Shown here: positions 48,207 to 59,158 of the stretch, one piece after another
Position numbering within the stretch: the stretch's first letter is position 1
Layout: each line of letters begins with the position of its first letter
DNA from: Cladosporium halotolerans
Taxonomy: Eukaryota
Reading direction: 5' to 3'
Assembly: GCF_011745625.1 (NCBI RefSeq)
Contig: NW_027191471.1
Coordinates: forward strand, 186,001-250,000
DNA length: 64,000 nt
Position numbers and translations under genes: made by a program
Notes under the pieces: generated by a model
Seen by the model: only the letters and a program-made list of their open reading frames with translations
Database searches by the model: none
What the model was told of the DNA's origin: nothing

Positions 48207-49218
48207 GGCGAACTTGTGTCGCCTCGTAGGCGAGGAATGGGCGCGGCGGTATTGCGAGGAATGTTCACGGCGGCGGTGCGTGGTTATCTGTCGGTGGCCG
48301 GCGTGGGAGGAATGCGATTACTGTATCGTACCCCGCTCTTATCCAGCTGTGTGGGGATGCGCAACGAACGGTCGGTCGCAACGTCGAGCGAACGCGACGA
48401 TGGATGGAGATAGCGAAAGTTACACAAGCTGCAGACGAGTAGTCAGAGTCGCGTACCAGTAGAGACGGTGGTTAGCAGCAGTGTGGAAGGATGGGAAGGG
48501 ACGCAGGAGCGGGCCAGACGCAGGTGTTGAGCTATTCGGGCTGGGTGGCTAGAAAGATGGCTGGGAGCTGGAGACGGCGGGCTGGGAGGGACCGGGGTGG
48601 GATGGGCCGGGTGCGCAACGTCAGCGACACCTGCCGAGACTATCTTCTGCGGTAAGGATGCTGGAGAGCGGCCGTTTGGGTGTCTTGCAATTGACTTTGA
48701 CGAGGAAGATAACGTTTGACTCTCTTTCGCGGGCGGAGGAGCTGGCGCTCGTCTTGCTGTTTACTCGACCCTGGCCGGTGCGTTGTTCCAGCGACAGCGC
48801 TGATCTGCGCCAGGATCTGCACCTCGGGCGCACCCACCCGCCAGCGCATCCACTTCCACCGTCTATACATATCGTCTGTCTGCAAGACGCGTATACATCA
48901 CGTTCACCGCGTGAGTTGCACAGCCCCAAATGTCATCGCAGCCAAGCACCGCAAAGTCCACCATGACCACCAAGAGCGCGAGGGTATTGCGACACCTAGC
49001 GTCGGTCTCGAGCACAATGATTCCCTGCCACTTTTTGATGCTTTGCGCAGAACGTGAAACACCGCCCAGCACCGCCGATAGATTGAAACAATGCCATTCA
49101 GTCACGCCACTTGGATTTGCACGGAACTTTCGGCCCCTACGGCTTACCTCTAGCGACACAATGGCACGTGAATGGCATCCATCCCCGACTTCGACGCGTT
49201 CTCGGCGTTTGACCGAGT

Positions 49219-49442
49219 GATCGTTCATCCAACGCCAAGTCTGACATCCCATTAGCGCCCGCTCCACTTCAGCCAATGAAGGAATTCCAGACATACATAA
49301 GTGAAATCAAGCGTGAGAATGTTGAAGCTCTCTCCGGCCTGGCAAAGAAGTTGACGCGCCTCATTCATCGTCAATGGTTTATCAATGTGCCAAGTCTGAC
49401 ATCCCGTTAGCTTCCGCTCATAATGAACCAATGAAAGAGCAG
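49219..49442 (+). repeat. Degenerate intergenic direct repeat, about 155-bp period
   Basis: GCCAAGTCTGACATCCC(A/G)TTAGC..CCGCTC...CCAATGAA starting at 49234 and 49389. Confidence 0.7.
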
Positions 49443-50086
49443 TATATCAGGCCATTTCACAAACATTGGTTGACCTTCACTCGCTCGCCCTCATTTATGA
49501 GGGTGTTGATGCGTCTCCTGTATCATCGTTTACCTATCTTGCCTGACCACACTTTAAAATCGGCACAACCGAACGTCGATCGATAGCTGTCGACTTCGTG
49601 TCCAAAATCGGATCTCGATGCTCACAGATTCCCAAAGCCATGTGCGAGGAAAGACTGCGTAGCTGCGATTGTCCGACCGCAATAAACCTCCATGTTGATG
49701 GTCTGATTAAACATCTTCTGCAGTCCGCTTCCTCGTGACGCCGCCGCATGCTCAAGGCTAAGTTCCTCGCAGCGTCCGCCTCCAACCTTTTCCGCAGGTC
49801 TTGTACGTGTTGGCACGCGGATTGAAACCACCTAGAATGCCGCGTAGCATGAGATGGAAGATGGAAGGTAGTAAGTAGCATTAGATACATAAGTGACGAT
49901 TAGATCTCAGATACTACAAGAAGCCACGCAAACAAATCAGCCGCCACAGATCAGCGGGTTCCTCCACCAGTATCATCAAAGAAATAACGCCACCAGCAAC
50001 ATCAAGCAGGAAGTGAAAGCCACATTACGCCTAACTCATAGTCATCCTCGTGTCCAGAAGCCCGAGTGCCGCAATCAAGCACACGC

Positions 50087-51403
50087 TCAAGCCTTCCGCG
50101 GCGCTCGCCGCCCGCTACGCCGCTTAACCGGCGCTTGCTCAGCAGGCTCATCGCGTGCGTCAGCGCTAGCACGCGACTCATTCTTGACTTGTGCGTCCTT
50201 ATCATCTGCCGCAGTCTCTTCGTTGTCGTTGTAGTTGTCACCACCAGCTGGCGCCTCGTCTTCCTCCTCCTGCTCAGAGCCAGAGCTCCCACGTCCTTCT
50301 GTCACGCCATCGAGGGCACCGCGAGCAGCCTTCGTCGCACGCTCTTCAATGCGGTGCTTCTGCGCCTCGTCCTGCAAATCATCCATGACGGAAGCCGTGT
50401 CCTGGCAGCTGGTGCCGAGCACGAAGTCAAGGATGCCCCAGTGGCCGAAATTGAAACCTTGCCCTTTCCTGGAAGCTGTCGCGAAGTGAGCGTCGGTGCG
50501 CCGCGCCATGCCTGCCAGGACGATGCTGGACGGTAGGACCGCGTAGCCGGAGTATATGAAGACTTTCTCCAGGCTGGTGAGCGCGACGAAGAGGTGCCAG
50601 GTTATGACGTGGTAGCGGAAGAGGTAGGCCGGGAGGAAGTCGGGGACGAAGCTGGAGAGGATGAAGCATGCGGGGTGGTCGTAGGCTGCGACGAGGGAGA
50701 ACGGCAGCTGTATGCTGTGCTGCCATCGCTGGTGCTGTGTCTTCAGCGGAATATTGTACTTGTGGAGCAGGAATCGGTGGATGTAATAGTGCAATACTCC
50801 GCGCAGCGCCAGCCCTTTGAGGATGTCCTTCGCCAAGTTCCATGGAAGAGGCACAGCAACGGTTACTTTCAGAATGCTCCGGAGATGCAAGAACTCGGTA
50901 CACAAGACTTCCAGGACGGCTTGCAAGGCGACTTGCAGCAGGACGTTGAAGATGGCAACGCCGGTTATCTTCATGAGACGGCCATTTGCTACGGTCAATG
51001 GCAAATTCTTCTCACCATAAGCTTTCGCTGACTTGCTGAGGCTCGGCGTAGCGATATCTGCCGCCAGGAACCCAAGCGCTGGCAGTAAGAAGAATATTAT
51101 GCGCACGGCCAGCGTACCATATATCTCAAGACTAAGCGGGTCGTGGGAGAAGACCAATGAGCTCCACGAGAGGTAGAACACCAGGAGGCTGAAACTTGTC
51201 GATGTTCCGCCAAAAATTGGCAAGGCCAGGAACGAGAGCAACGGCAGCGGGAGTGCGGCGAAGCTCGTCAATTTCGATATCACGAGCGCGTACAGCTCCG
51301 TGAAGTTGCGCGGCAGGACAATGCTTCTACCCTGGAAGTATCCATAGCTCCAAAGAAGTTTGTCGCGAGCAGCCTGCTGCCACGCAGACAGCATCGATGT
51401 CAT
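50087..51403 (-). CDS. Fatty acid hydroxylase/sterol desaturase superfamily membrane protein with degenerate His boxes
   Basis: TM helices; HYYIHRFLLH, AAYDHP, YSGY, NFGHWGILDFVLGT; start codon uncertain. Confidence 0.78.
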   Translation of the reverse strand: MTSMLSAWQQAARDKLLWSYGYFQGRSIVLPRNFTELYALVISKLTSFAALPLPLLSFLALPIFGGTSTSFSLLVFYLSWSSLVFSHDPLSLEIYGTLAVRIIFFLLPALGFLAADIATPSLSKSAKAYGEKNLPLTVANGRLMKITGVAIFNVLLQVALQAVLEVLCTEFLHLRSILKVTVAVPLPWNLAKDILKGLALRGVLHYYIHRFLLHKYNIPLKTQHQRWQHSIQLPFSLVAAYDHPACFILSSFVPDFLPAYLFRYHVITWHLFVALTSLEKVFIYSGYAVLPSSIVLAGMARRTDAHFATASRKGQGFNFGHWGILDFVLGTSCQDTASVMDDLQDEAQKHRIEERATKAARGALDGVTEGRGSSGSEQEEEDEAPAGGDNYNDNEETAADDKDAQVKNESRASADARDEPAEQAPVKRRSGRRAPRKA

Positions 51404-53016
51404 ACTGTTGCACAGGACCTGGACTGATCTCTTGCTTACGGAATGATGCTACCTCACTTTCGATCCTAGGGAAGTCGGCACGGTCGGGCCACGGCTCAAT
51501 GGCTCTTGAGACAGTGGCTTTTGTGGTATCCAGGATGACGAGCAACGTCTTTCTTACTGTCGATTCCGTTTGATGCCGACTAGACAATCGAAGATTACTA
51601 ACCCAGCCGCGGCGTCGTAGAGGTTGGGAAGCGCGCCGGAGTCCGGCTGGGCTCAGGTGAGGTTGACGCAGCACCCATGACGAGCGAGGCGTTCCGCACG
51701 GGCCAAGCCGGGCCTCGCAGCAGCCGACCGAATCGCGCGCTCTCCACAACCACCACGGTCGCCGTCCGCCTGGAGCGACAGCCTTTTTCGTCCGACAACT
51801 CACGGTCACGACCCAGTACATTCAGCCAAGGGTCAACGCAGCTGACCAAGGCCTGCTCAACGAGATCGTTCGCAACTCGCCCGCACCACCTGTCCAAGCC
51901 ATCGGATGAGCCACCACCAACGCACGTGGGCGTTCACTCAGCCTTCGCTTGCGATTTAGAAGGGCTCCTTCGTGTGCCTGGAAATGGAAAGATAGCAATC
52001 GCTGTCAATACTTTGTGTGCAACACGAGGTTCTATTCCACAAAGGTCATACGGCGGCACGCACCTCGGTCCGTAAGACAATGCTCACCAGCATGGATGCC
52101 ACAGGGCATGCGGCTGCAGATGCTTTCGCTTGCGCGTCGAACAGCTGGTATGGGCGACGCGAGGTGTAACGCTGGAGGCAGCTGAGCTCAGCCCACGTAT
52201 CATCGCGAAATGCGTCCGAATGATGGCATTTGAACTCTTCGACAATGCCTCGCTAATTTACCGCTCGAGATCATGTCTCTTTGGTCTGGATCTTTATTTC
52301 AAATCTGTTTTTTCGGACTTAATATCGTAACAAAGCATCTGGCCTTTGCATTACACATACACGCGGAGGCTTCCGTCCGAATTTGTGATGCCGTCCGCTA
52401 AGGGTTGGTACTCCCACCCCATGCTCTGGCGGCTGCTAGGGTCACATGCAGCTAGTGCCTTCGCATGCGGCCTAAGTTTGGTGCCTTCTGATACCTTCTT
52501 CCGCATTAACCAGCTTTACCACCGCCTCTTCACCACCTGTCCACGCGACGTACGTGCTAAGCGAAAAGCGTGCCGCAAATTCACCGTCAATTCCTATCGT
52601 GTCGACAAATAGCGTTCCTGAACGCGATCGCTACATCGTAACTGGTAGCCGCTTCTGGCACACTCCATGGGCGTGTGTGATGCTGATGACTCAGATCCTT
52701 GCGATGGCTGTCTTGAGGCCATACCAGTCTCTTCGACTGGCGCCGATGACATACACATATTGTAATCATGGACGACCATGCAAAGCACCGAGATCTTCCC
52801 CAAAAAGCGAGATCTTCCGTATACAGGTATGTTTCTATACTTACGCCATGCCGACTGAGCCGCGATAGCTGCGGTATACATACCAGGCTTCTGTAAACCC
52901 TATATTTCTAATTCTTGCCACCGCACATCATCATTGTGCAGCGAAGGGTGATCTTGAGCCCACTCTCTTACCAAATCCATTTTTAATACACCGTCCAACT
53001 CGCCACCGAGGTCAAC

Positions 53017-54027
53017 ATGCTGCAACGCTCTGGTCAATCGAAGCCACTGCCAGCATCACCACCTGTGCCGAGTGATCCTGGACTTCGCATCCCCACCACC
53101 AACGAGAACTGGCGCGGCAAGAACGACCCTGCTGAGCGACGACGCATCCAGAACCGACTCAACCAACGCGCCTTTCGCGAGAGGCAGCGAGCTGGAGAAT
53201 CCACTAAGGAATACAGTTCACGAGATAAACCTGCTGCCTCCAAAGACCCGAGGAAGAAAACAGCCTCTGATAGCGAAAAGAAACAAGATCGCGACACTCC
53301 TGAGGACGAAAGCGAAGACGAGGACGAGGACGAGGACGACGAGGACTCGTCTGACGAGGAAGAAGACTCCGACTCCGATGAATCTGATGATGCAGAGCAG
53401 AGCAATCCAGGATCACCGCCTGGTCCTAGTCCAGCTGCCGCTCGACCTCACTTCACCGGCCAAATTCCGCGGGCGGCATGCACTCCGTCCACGCCCTCCA
53501 CCGAAAACCCTTGGGACGAACTCGCGCAGCTAATCAACCGGAACTTTATGCAAGCAGCCACCACAAACGCCCAGCATTTAGGCGTTAGCCCCGCTTCCCT
53601 CCGTGCCGGCACAGTAGCAGTCACTCCTCGCCAGCGCAACGGTGTCAACCTCCCGCCAACTCTCAAACCCGTTGAGCTTCAGCATCAACTTCCACATGAT
53701 CCCATCATCGACACGATCCCGCACGCGCGCCTGCGCTTCAACATCCTCCGCGCCATAGCCACCGGCAACCTCGATGCAGCACGCTTCTCAGCCTCATTGC
53801 GTCGCTCCGGCGCGGTTTTGAACGTCCAGAATGAGCCGCGGCGCAGCGGCTTAATCGTGTGGAATTTCCCCGAGCAACTCGCAAGTTGGGAGCTCAGTGA
53901 GGCATTCGTGATGACCTGGGCCTTTCTGCTCGAGGGTTGTGAAGACTTTGTCGCGGCGACGAACGCCTGGCGGAATCGCAGGGGTGAACGAGCCCTTGTA
54001 GTGGCTTCTCGATCTTCCGGTCGCTGA
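53017..54027 (+). CDS. bZIP-basic-region plus DUF3425 domain protein
   Basis: W.GKNDPAERRRIQNRLNQRAFRER; LPPTLKPVELQHQLPHDPIIDTIPHARLRFNIL; SWELSEAF..TW; TNAWRNRRGE. Confidence 0.85.
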   Translation: MLQRSGQSKPLPASPPVPSDPGLRIPTTNENWRGKNDPAERRRIQNRLNQRAFRERQRAGESTKEYSSRDKPAASKDPRKKTASDSEKKQDRDTPEDESEDEDEDEDDEDSSDEEEDSDSDESDDAEQSNPGSPPGPSPAAARPHFTGQIPRAACTPSTPSTENPWDELAQLINRNFMQAATTNAQHLGVSPASLRAGTVAVTPRQRNGVNLPPTLKPVELQHQLPHDPIIDTIPHARLRFNILRAIATGNLDAARFSASLRRSGAVLNVQNEPRRSGLIVWNFPEQLASWELSEAFVMTWAFLLEGCEDFVAATNAWRNRRGERALVVASRSSGR

Positions 54028-54752
54028 GTTGTGGCCGGCCGTGATTGTATTGCTTTGATGTGTTGTTGTCCTCGACGTCTGCTTAACAAGTGTGCTTGCT
54101 GTGCTATATGATGTGATTTGTGTGTTTTGGGCTTGTGCGTTGCACTCCTTTGGTTTATAGACTGTGTTTCCGTTAGAGATATCCCCTGCTTTCACGACAG
54201 TAGACAATGCTGGTTTTTTTGTTTTTTGCCAATCAAATTAGACTGAGGCTGTACTTTGAGTTCTAGAACGATCTCGATTAGCATAGATTCCGGTTTTATT
54301 TAGCATACATCCGATCTCTCTATCATTCAGCAATCGTCTCAAGATTTGAATCCCAAAGTCAAGAAACTGAATGTTTGTAAAACTCTGAGCCAGCTACAGA
54401 CTCTTCGTGGTTGTGCCCGCGCCCACAATCTGATCGCACAGCGAGCTCCGGGCCGCATCACCAAGACAATACTTGGGGAATGTTATGTCGATGCCATCTA
54501 TCGTGAGACCTTGTCCGGCACAAAAGGTACTGAGGTACAAGCTCGCGCAGGCTGACATAGCCGAACTCAAGCCTGCAGAACGGGGCGCTCACCCAATTGC
54601 CGCAGGGCTGCGGGCGACCGGCGCCAAGCTTCGCGACAACCTCCGTCCAGTCAACCTCACGCATCCAAGCTAGCAGCGCCCGCAATCGCAACACGACCAA
54701 ACGAACACCTCCCTCTCCACTCAACACACCGAGAGGACACCCGCCGCACACA

Positions 54753-55183
54753 ATGTCTCTCCTCCGCACATCCCGCGTCATCAGCTCCGCGCGCGGCCAG
54801 CTCCAGATTGTCCCCCGCCTCACCGCGCCCTCAATACAGCAGCGCCAGATCTCCGCCACGCCCGCACGCCGGGGCGGCGACGCGCACGGCGACCACTACG
54901 ACGCTCCGACCGGATGGCTTTTTGGCGTCAAGCCCGGCGAGAAGGCTGAGAAGGAGGGCTGGGAGAACGTCTGGTACTACGGCTTCTTCGGCACCATCGC
55001 TTTCGGCATTGTTGGATACTGGTTCAAGCCGGACACCAGGTAGGTCTTCAGGAGCGCAGAGGCTTGTTAGGGAAGCGAATATCAGGTGCTGACTCTTTGC
55101 GCAGCATTCAGACTTGGGCTCTTGAGGAGGCACGGAGGCGCCTGGAAGCGGAGGGCATTCTGGAGGACCCGCAGAAGAAGTAG
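54753..55183 (+). CDS. NADH:ubiquinone oxidoreductase ESSS subunit (NDUFB11-like); 1 intron
   Basis: Presequence; DAPTGWLFGVKPGEK..KEGWE; TM helix; KPDT-SIQTWALEEARRRLEAEG across intron about 55040-55104. Confidence 0.9.
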
Positions 55184-55915
55184 TAGACGGACAAAGCATG
55201 GCAAAGCGAAGGATGACGAATATTGCGTGGTTATACAAGCTTGAGCAGGCCGTTGGACCGACTCTTGGCTGCATTGTACATATTTACACATGGCAGTGGT
55301 AGACGCGGCCGGCCTCGCGAGTGGCGTTTCTGGCTTACAATGACACTATTTGACAACAATGAAGCCCTGTTGCTCGTCGCAATGCGCAGCGCCTATCTCA
55401 AGGTTTGTCAGTATGCTGTGCTCTTTCGTAGGGCCAGTGAATGCGATTAATATTGAATGCGAGAATGCGATTAATACGGCAAGCAGACGTCTTCAAATCT
55501 TCCCCGAGTATCCTGCTCTCTCATACTTAGAAGGACAATAGCGTACTACCATCTGCTCCAGATATTCGAAAACGGGTCACTGCTCCGAGAGAACGTATGC
55601 TCCAAATTCTCACATGAGGCATGGGTATCATGTGAAAATCTCACTTGTGATTTCCCTCACTCAATTCACTGCCAGGCTTCGTTCAGATCTTACTGAGATC
55701 CCCTCTCAAGCTTCACTGCTGATCGTTCACAGTCACATGCACGTTCACTAACGATGTTACACCGCCGCCGACAAACAGCGATCGCTTAAGGGTTCGATCT
55801 TGTGGTGCTACCTCTCTCGCCAAATATATTCTCAGCTATCATCATTCCTTAACCACACCCTTATCGCACCCATACGCGTATCCTACCTCACATACACCAT
55901 CGCCTCGCCATCACG

Positions 55916-56665
55916 ATGTGCTACACTCTGGCAGCACAGCACAGCTGCGGTCATCAGCACCAGTCATTCACGCGTTGCCTTGTCGCCAGAGTCAACAACT
56001 CGCGTGCATGCACCATGGATAACGTCCCAGTCTGGCGATCCAACGAAGCATCCCCGTGTCCAGCCTGCCGCACGCAAAGAAGGCAGCAGGTAGCAGCACT
56101 ACTGCGCAATAGGGGCCCTGGAGCCAATAACAACAGACCACCCGCGAATGCTAACGCTGGAAATGCAACATCGGCGCCTGCCAGCAACCAGAACCTCCCA
56201 CAGGCCATGATCCAGCCTCTCCCCTGGAACAACAATGCCCCAGGACCTGCAGCACCCCAGAACCAGCATGGAATGGCAGCAGTAGCAGTAGCACAACCTC
56301 CTCCGACCTACCCACTACCTCCAACCCAAGCAGCAGCCGGTGACTGGATCCCTCCATCGCAAAGACACGCCGGGATGGCTCAGCAACAACCTTCTGGCTC
56401 ACCGCAAGGAACGATCGCGCCTGGGCTGCCCTCGGCGCAAAGGTATGACGAGACTGCCGAGCAAAACCACTCTAGCTTACCTTCCCAGGCACCTGCGAAT
56501 GAGCCTGTACTAGCCGGGCCTCAAGATCCGCCAATGGGTGAAGACATGCAGTTATATGACATGGGACCGGAGTTTAATGATGACGGAGAGATTATTTGGT
56601 GGTATGACCCTTGGATGGGCTCTGGGCAGGAGGAGTTTCAGTTTGATGAGACTGCAGGGGAATAA
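55916..56665 (+). CDS. Hypothetical protein: N-terminal Cys/His zinc-ribbon-like motif, Q/N/P/A-rich middle, acidic-aromatic tail
   Basis: 249-aa ORF; MC......HSCGH......C........C...CPAC pattern. Confidence 0.65.
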   Translation: MCYTLAAQHSCGHQHQSFTRCLVARVNNSRACTMDNVPVWRSNEASPCPACRTQRRQQVAALLRNRGPGANNNRPPANANAGNATSAPASNQNLPQAMIQPLPWNNNAPGPAAPQNQHGMAAVAVAQPPPTYPLPPTQAAAGDWIPPSQRHAGMAQQQPSGSPQGTIAPGLPSAQRYDETAEQNHSSLPSQAPANEPVLAGPQDPPMGEDMQLYDMGPEFNDDGEIIWWYDPWMGSGQEEFQFDETAGE

Positions 56666-57636
56666 TCACGCGCGGTGTGGTCCGTAGCTCTCTCAAAGTC
56701 ACAATCACGTTTCGATGGTGTGGAGTCGAAGGTAGCACGTCAATTCATTTAAGCGGTCGGAGATATTCTGCTTTCTAGTTCGATTGAAAATTTGGTGATG
56801 TTTCCAGAGACCCGCAGAACAACGAGCGTGAATGTGCCAGTGAGAAGCGCGAGAATATCACCGAAGCCTGACGCTCGAACATCGCACGATCTTCTACGCT
56901 CGTACCGGCGACCCCAGAACCAACCCCATCCGAGTTCAGCAGTGAGAGCCGCCAAAGTATATAGGGATATCGAAGTCAGCCTCGCATGGTCTACCCATGC
57001 TGGTCTCCCGCTGAGTTTGCTGGAGGTCTTTACCCCAACCCTAACCCTAGAAACCCCCATCACTTGGCCATCGGCCCAAGTCGCTCCATGCAACTATGTA
57101 TGCAAGATATAGTGCTATCGTAAATCCCAATACATTGTATCGCAGTCGGGACAGCGTGATATGAAGCATCATTGTGAAGCTGAGTTGTATGCATGCTCTT
57201 TGTGAAGAGGGTCTCGACACAAAATGTATAAGCACACATGTGACAGACATACCAACATGATCTTCTCACGAACTATCCTTTGATTCCTTTCCAGATCCTA
57301 AGCTCTTAATCCTGCCCCTTCGAAGCTAATTAAGTGGTGTTAACTGGATAACCAAAAATATCTCCTGGTGGCTAACCTCATCCGGAGGTGAACGCCAGGA
57401 CTCGGATCGCCTAGAGCGAACAGCTCGTGCATAAAAGGCCAAGGATCAAGGATAATGATCGCACACTGAGCAGATCAGATTTTTATGAGAGGTTCATGCC
57501 GTCCTTCAAACAATAGAGTGCAGTTGAAGGCAGACATTGGCTCATACTTTCCTTATTGGGTCGAGTGCAATAAATATTGAGCATTATAATTAATAGAGGT
57601 CTGCGATCTCTCATCAAATCACAGCTTGAGCTGTTC

Positions 57637-57737
57637 GGGGATATGGTCTAGCGGTATGACATCTTCTTAGCACCATACGAGACACCCTTGTATCTGTTAA
57701 GTGGAGAAGGTTCCCGGTTCGACTCCGGGTTTCTCCA
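57637..57737 (+). tRNA. tRNA-Ala(AGC) with 29-nt intron, identical to the copy at 37792-37892
   Basis: Same cloverleaf and intron; TTTT terminator just downstream. Confidence 0.93.
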
Positions 57738-57935
57738 TCTCTTTTGCACCGTCCTAGACGACCTGCCTTTTGCTCTATGTACATCGTTGTCGAATAGAGA
57801 TGGTCGTCAGCAGTAACATTCGTTCCAAATTGGATAGCGAAGCTTATGTTCTTCTTTTCGGAAACTAGATTTCTGCAAGATGAACAACCTAAGGTATGCT
57901 TTTGCCCGCACGAAAGAAGAACCCTTAAGCTTATA

Positions 57936-58622
57936 TCACACGACCCAAACCTTGCCAAAGGTACGCATCTTCTTCGACACTGGCGCCGAAGTGGCCATGA
58001 ACTTGTATCTCGCCCGATTTTTCCGCTGCCGCAACTGCCTTTCCACATCGTACTCGCCACGACGCCTCTTGCACTGCGAACAGCATTCCACGAGTAGTTG
58101 TGTGACCCAAAGAAAGAGGCTGATGAACATCAACACCCCGGTGATAACGATAGCCGTGATGCCAGTGGCTGGAGCATACACTTTGACGACCAAGCAGAAG
58201 AACATAGTGCCGGCGAGCAACAGGCCTTGAAAAGCAAGCGAGACGACAGCCAGGAAGAACCGAACGCACCACTTTTTAGCGTCGTACTGCTCCGCAATGC
58301 CTTTGCCACGGAATTTCAGGAGCAGGCTTAAGCCCTGGCAGAGCAAAACCAGAAGCACGAAGAGGATGGCGCCGATGGCACCCCAGGCTCGCACCTTGCG
58401 ATCACTTCCGCCAGGGACTTGGTCCAGGTCGATGATCATCGTGGAGAACATGACGGCGGCGAGGATGCTGGCGTATGTCGTGGCGCCGTCAAAGAGCTTT
58501 TGGTACCAGTTCACGATATCGTAGCCGTCGAGGTCGCCTTCAAAGGCCGTTTTGGGGCATGGATTTCTGCAGCAGCAGCCCGACTCCGGTTCAGAGTCCG
58601 AGTCTTGCGGTTGTTGAGGCAT
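57936..58622 (-). CDS. Hypothetical four-TM membrane protein (PGG-domain-like)
   Basis: 228-aa ORF with four hydrophobic helices, a PGG loop after helix 1, and Cys clusters at both ends. Confidence 0.65.
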   Translation of the reverse strand: MPQQPQDSDSEPESGCCCRNPCPKTAFEGDLDGYDIVNWYQKLFDGATTYASILAAVMFSTMIIDLDQVPGGSDRKVRAWGAIGAILFVLLVLLCQGLSLLLKFRGKGIAEQYDAKKWCVRFFLAVVSLAFQGLLLAGTMFFCLVVKVYAPATGITAIVITGVLMFISLFLWVTQLLVECCSQCKRRRGEYDVERQLRQRKNRARYKFMATSAPVSKKMRTFGKVWVV

Positions 58623-59158
58623 GTTGTAAACGTAATCTCGATGGCCCGCGTCGAGATCGAACAGAGAAGGGAGTTCGAGCAGTGTAAGCGATGCACAACT
58701 TTTATATGTATACGTGATGTCGTCGATTGCTGCGAGCGAAGCAAGAACAGCCCGGCAGGCCTAATCGTCGATGTCCGTCTAAATTGTTTCGAAGGCCTGA
58801 CGTGATTGTGCCACTAGTAAGCGAACAGCTTGAGAAACAAGCTGACTGCAGCTAGTGCCAAAAAGCACTCCGTCACCCCATCGATGCAGTAGCTACTGCA
58901 TGATCGTGCAGCTACACAGTTTTGAAGCTGCAGCATTGGCGCCTTGAAGTTCAGCATGGCGCTTCGTCTGGTTCGGTCTTCGAACAGCATGCGCACGCAA
59001 CGCGAGCGAGTCCTATTCGACGCCACATTTTCTCAGCCGTAGCTGCATGACATCTGAGCTTTGCAATTGGCAACGCATCGTTGGCACAAGGGAACGCGGA
59101 TCTGAAAGAACACTAAACAAGAGATTAAAATTGACAGTGGGGATATATAAGACAAAAT

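Noticed and set aside
51404..53016. Short ORFs in the divergent gap between the desaturase-like and DUF3425 genes
   Set aside because: No coding signature or splice-consistent model found
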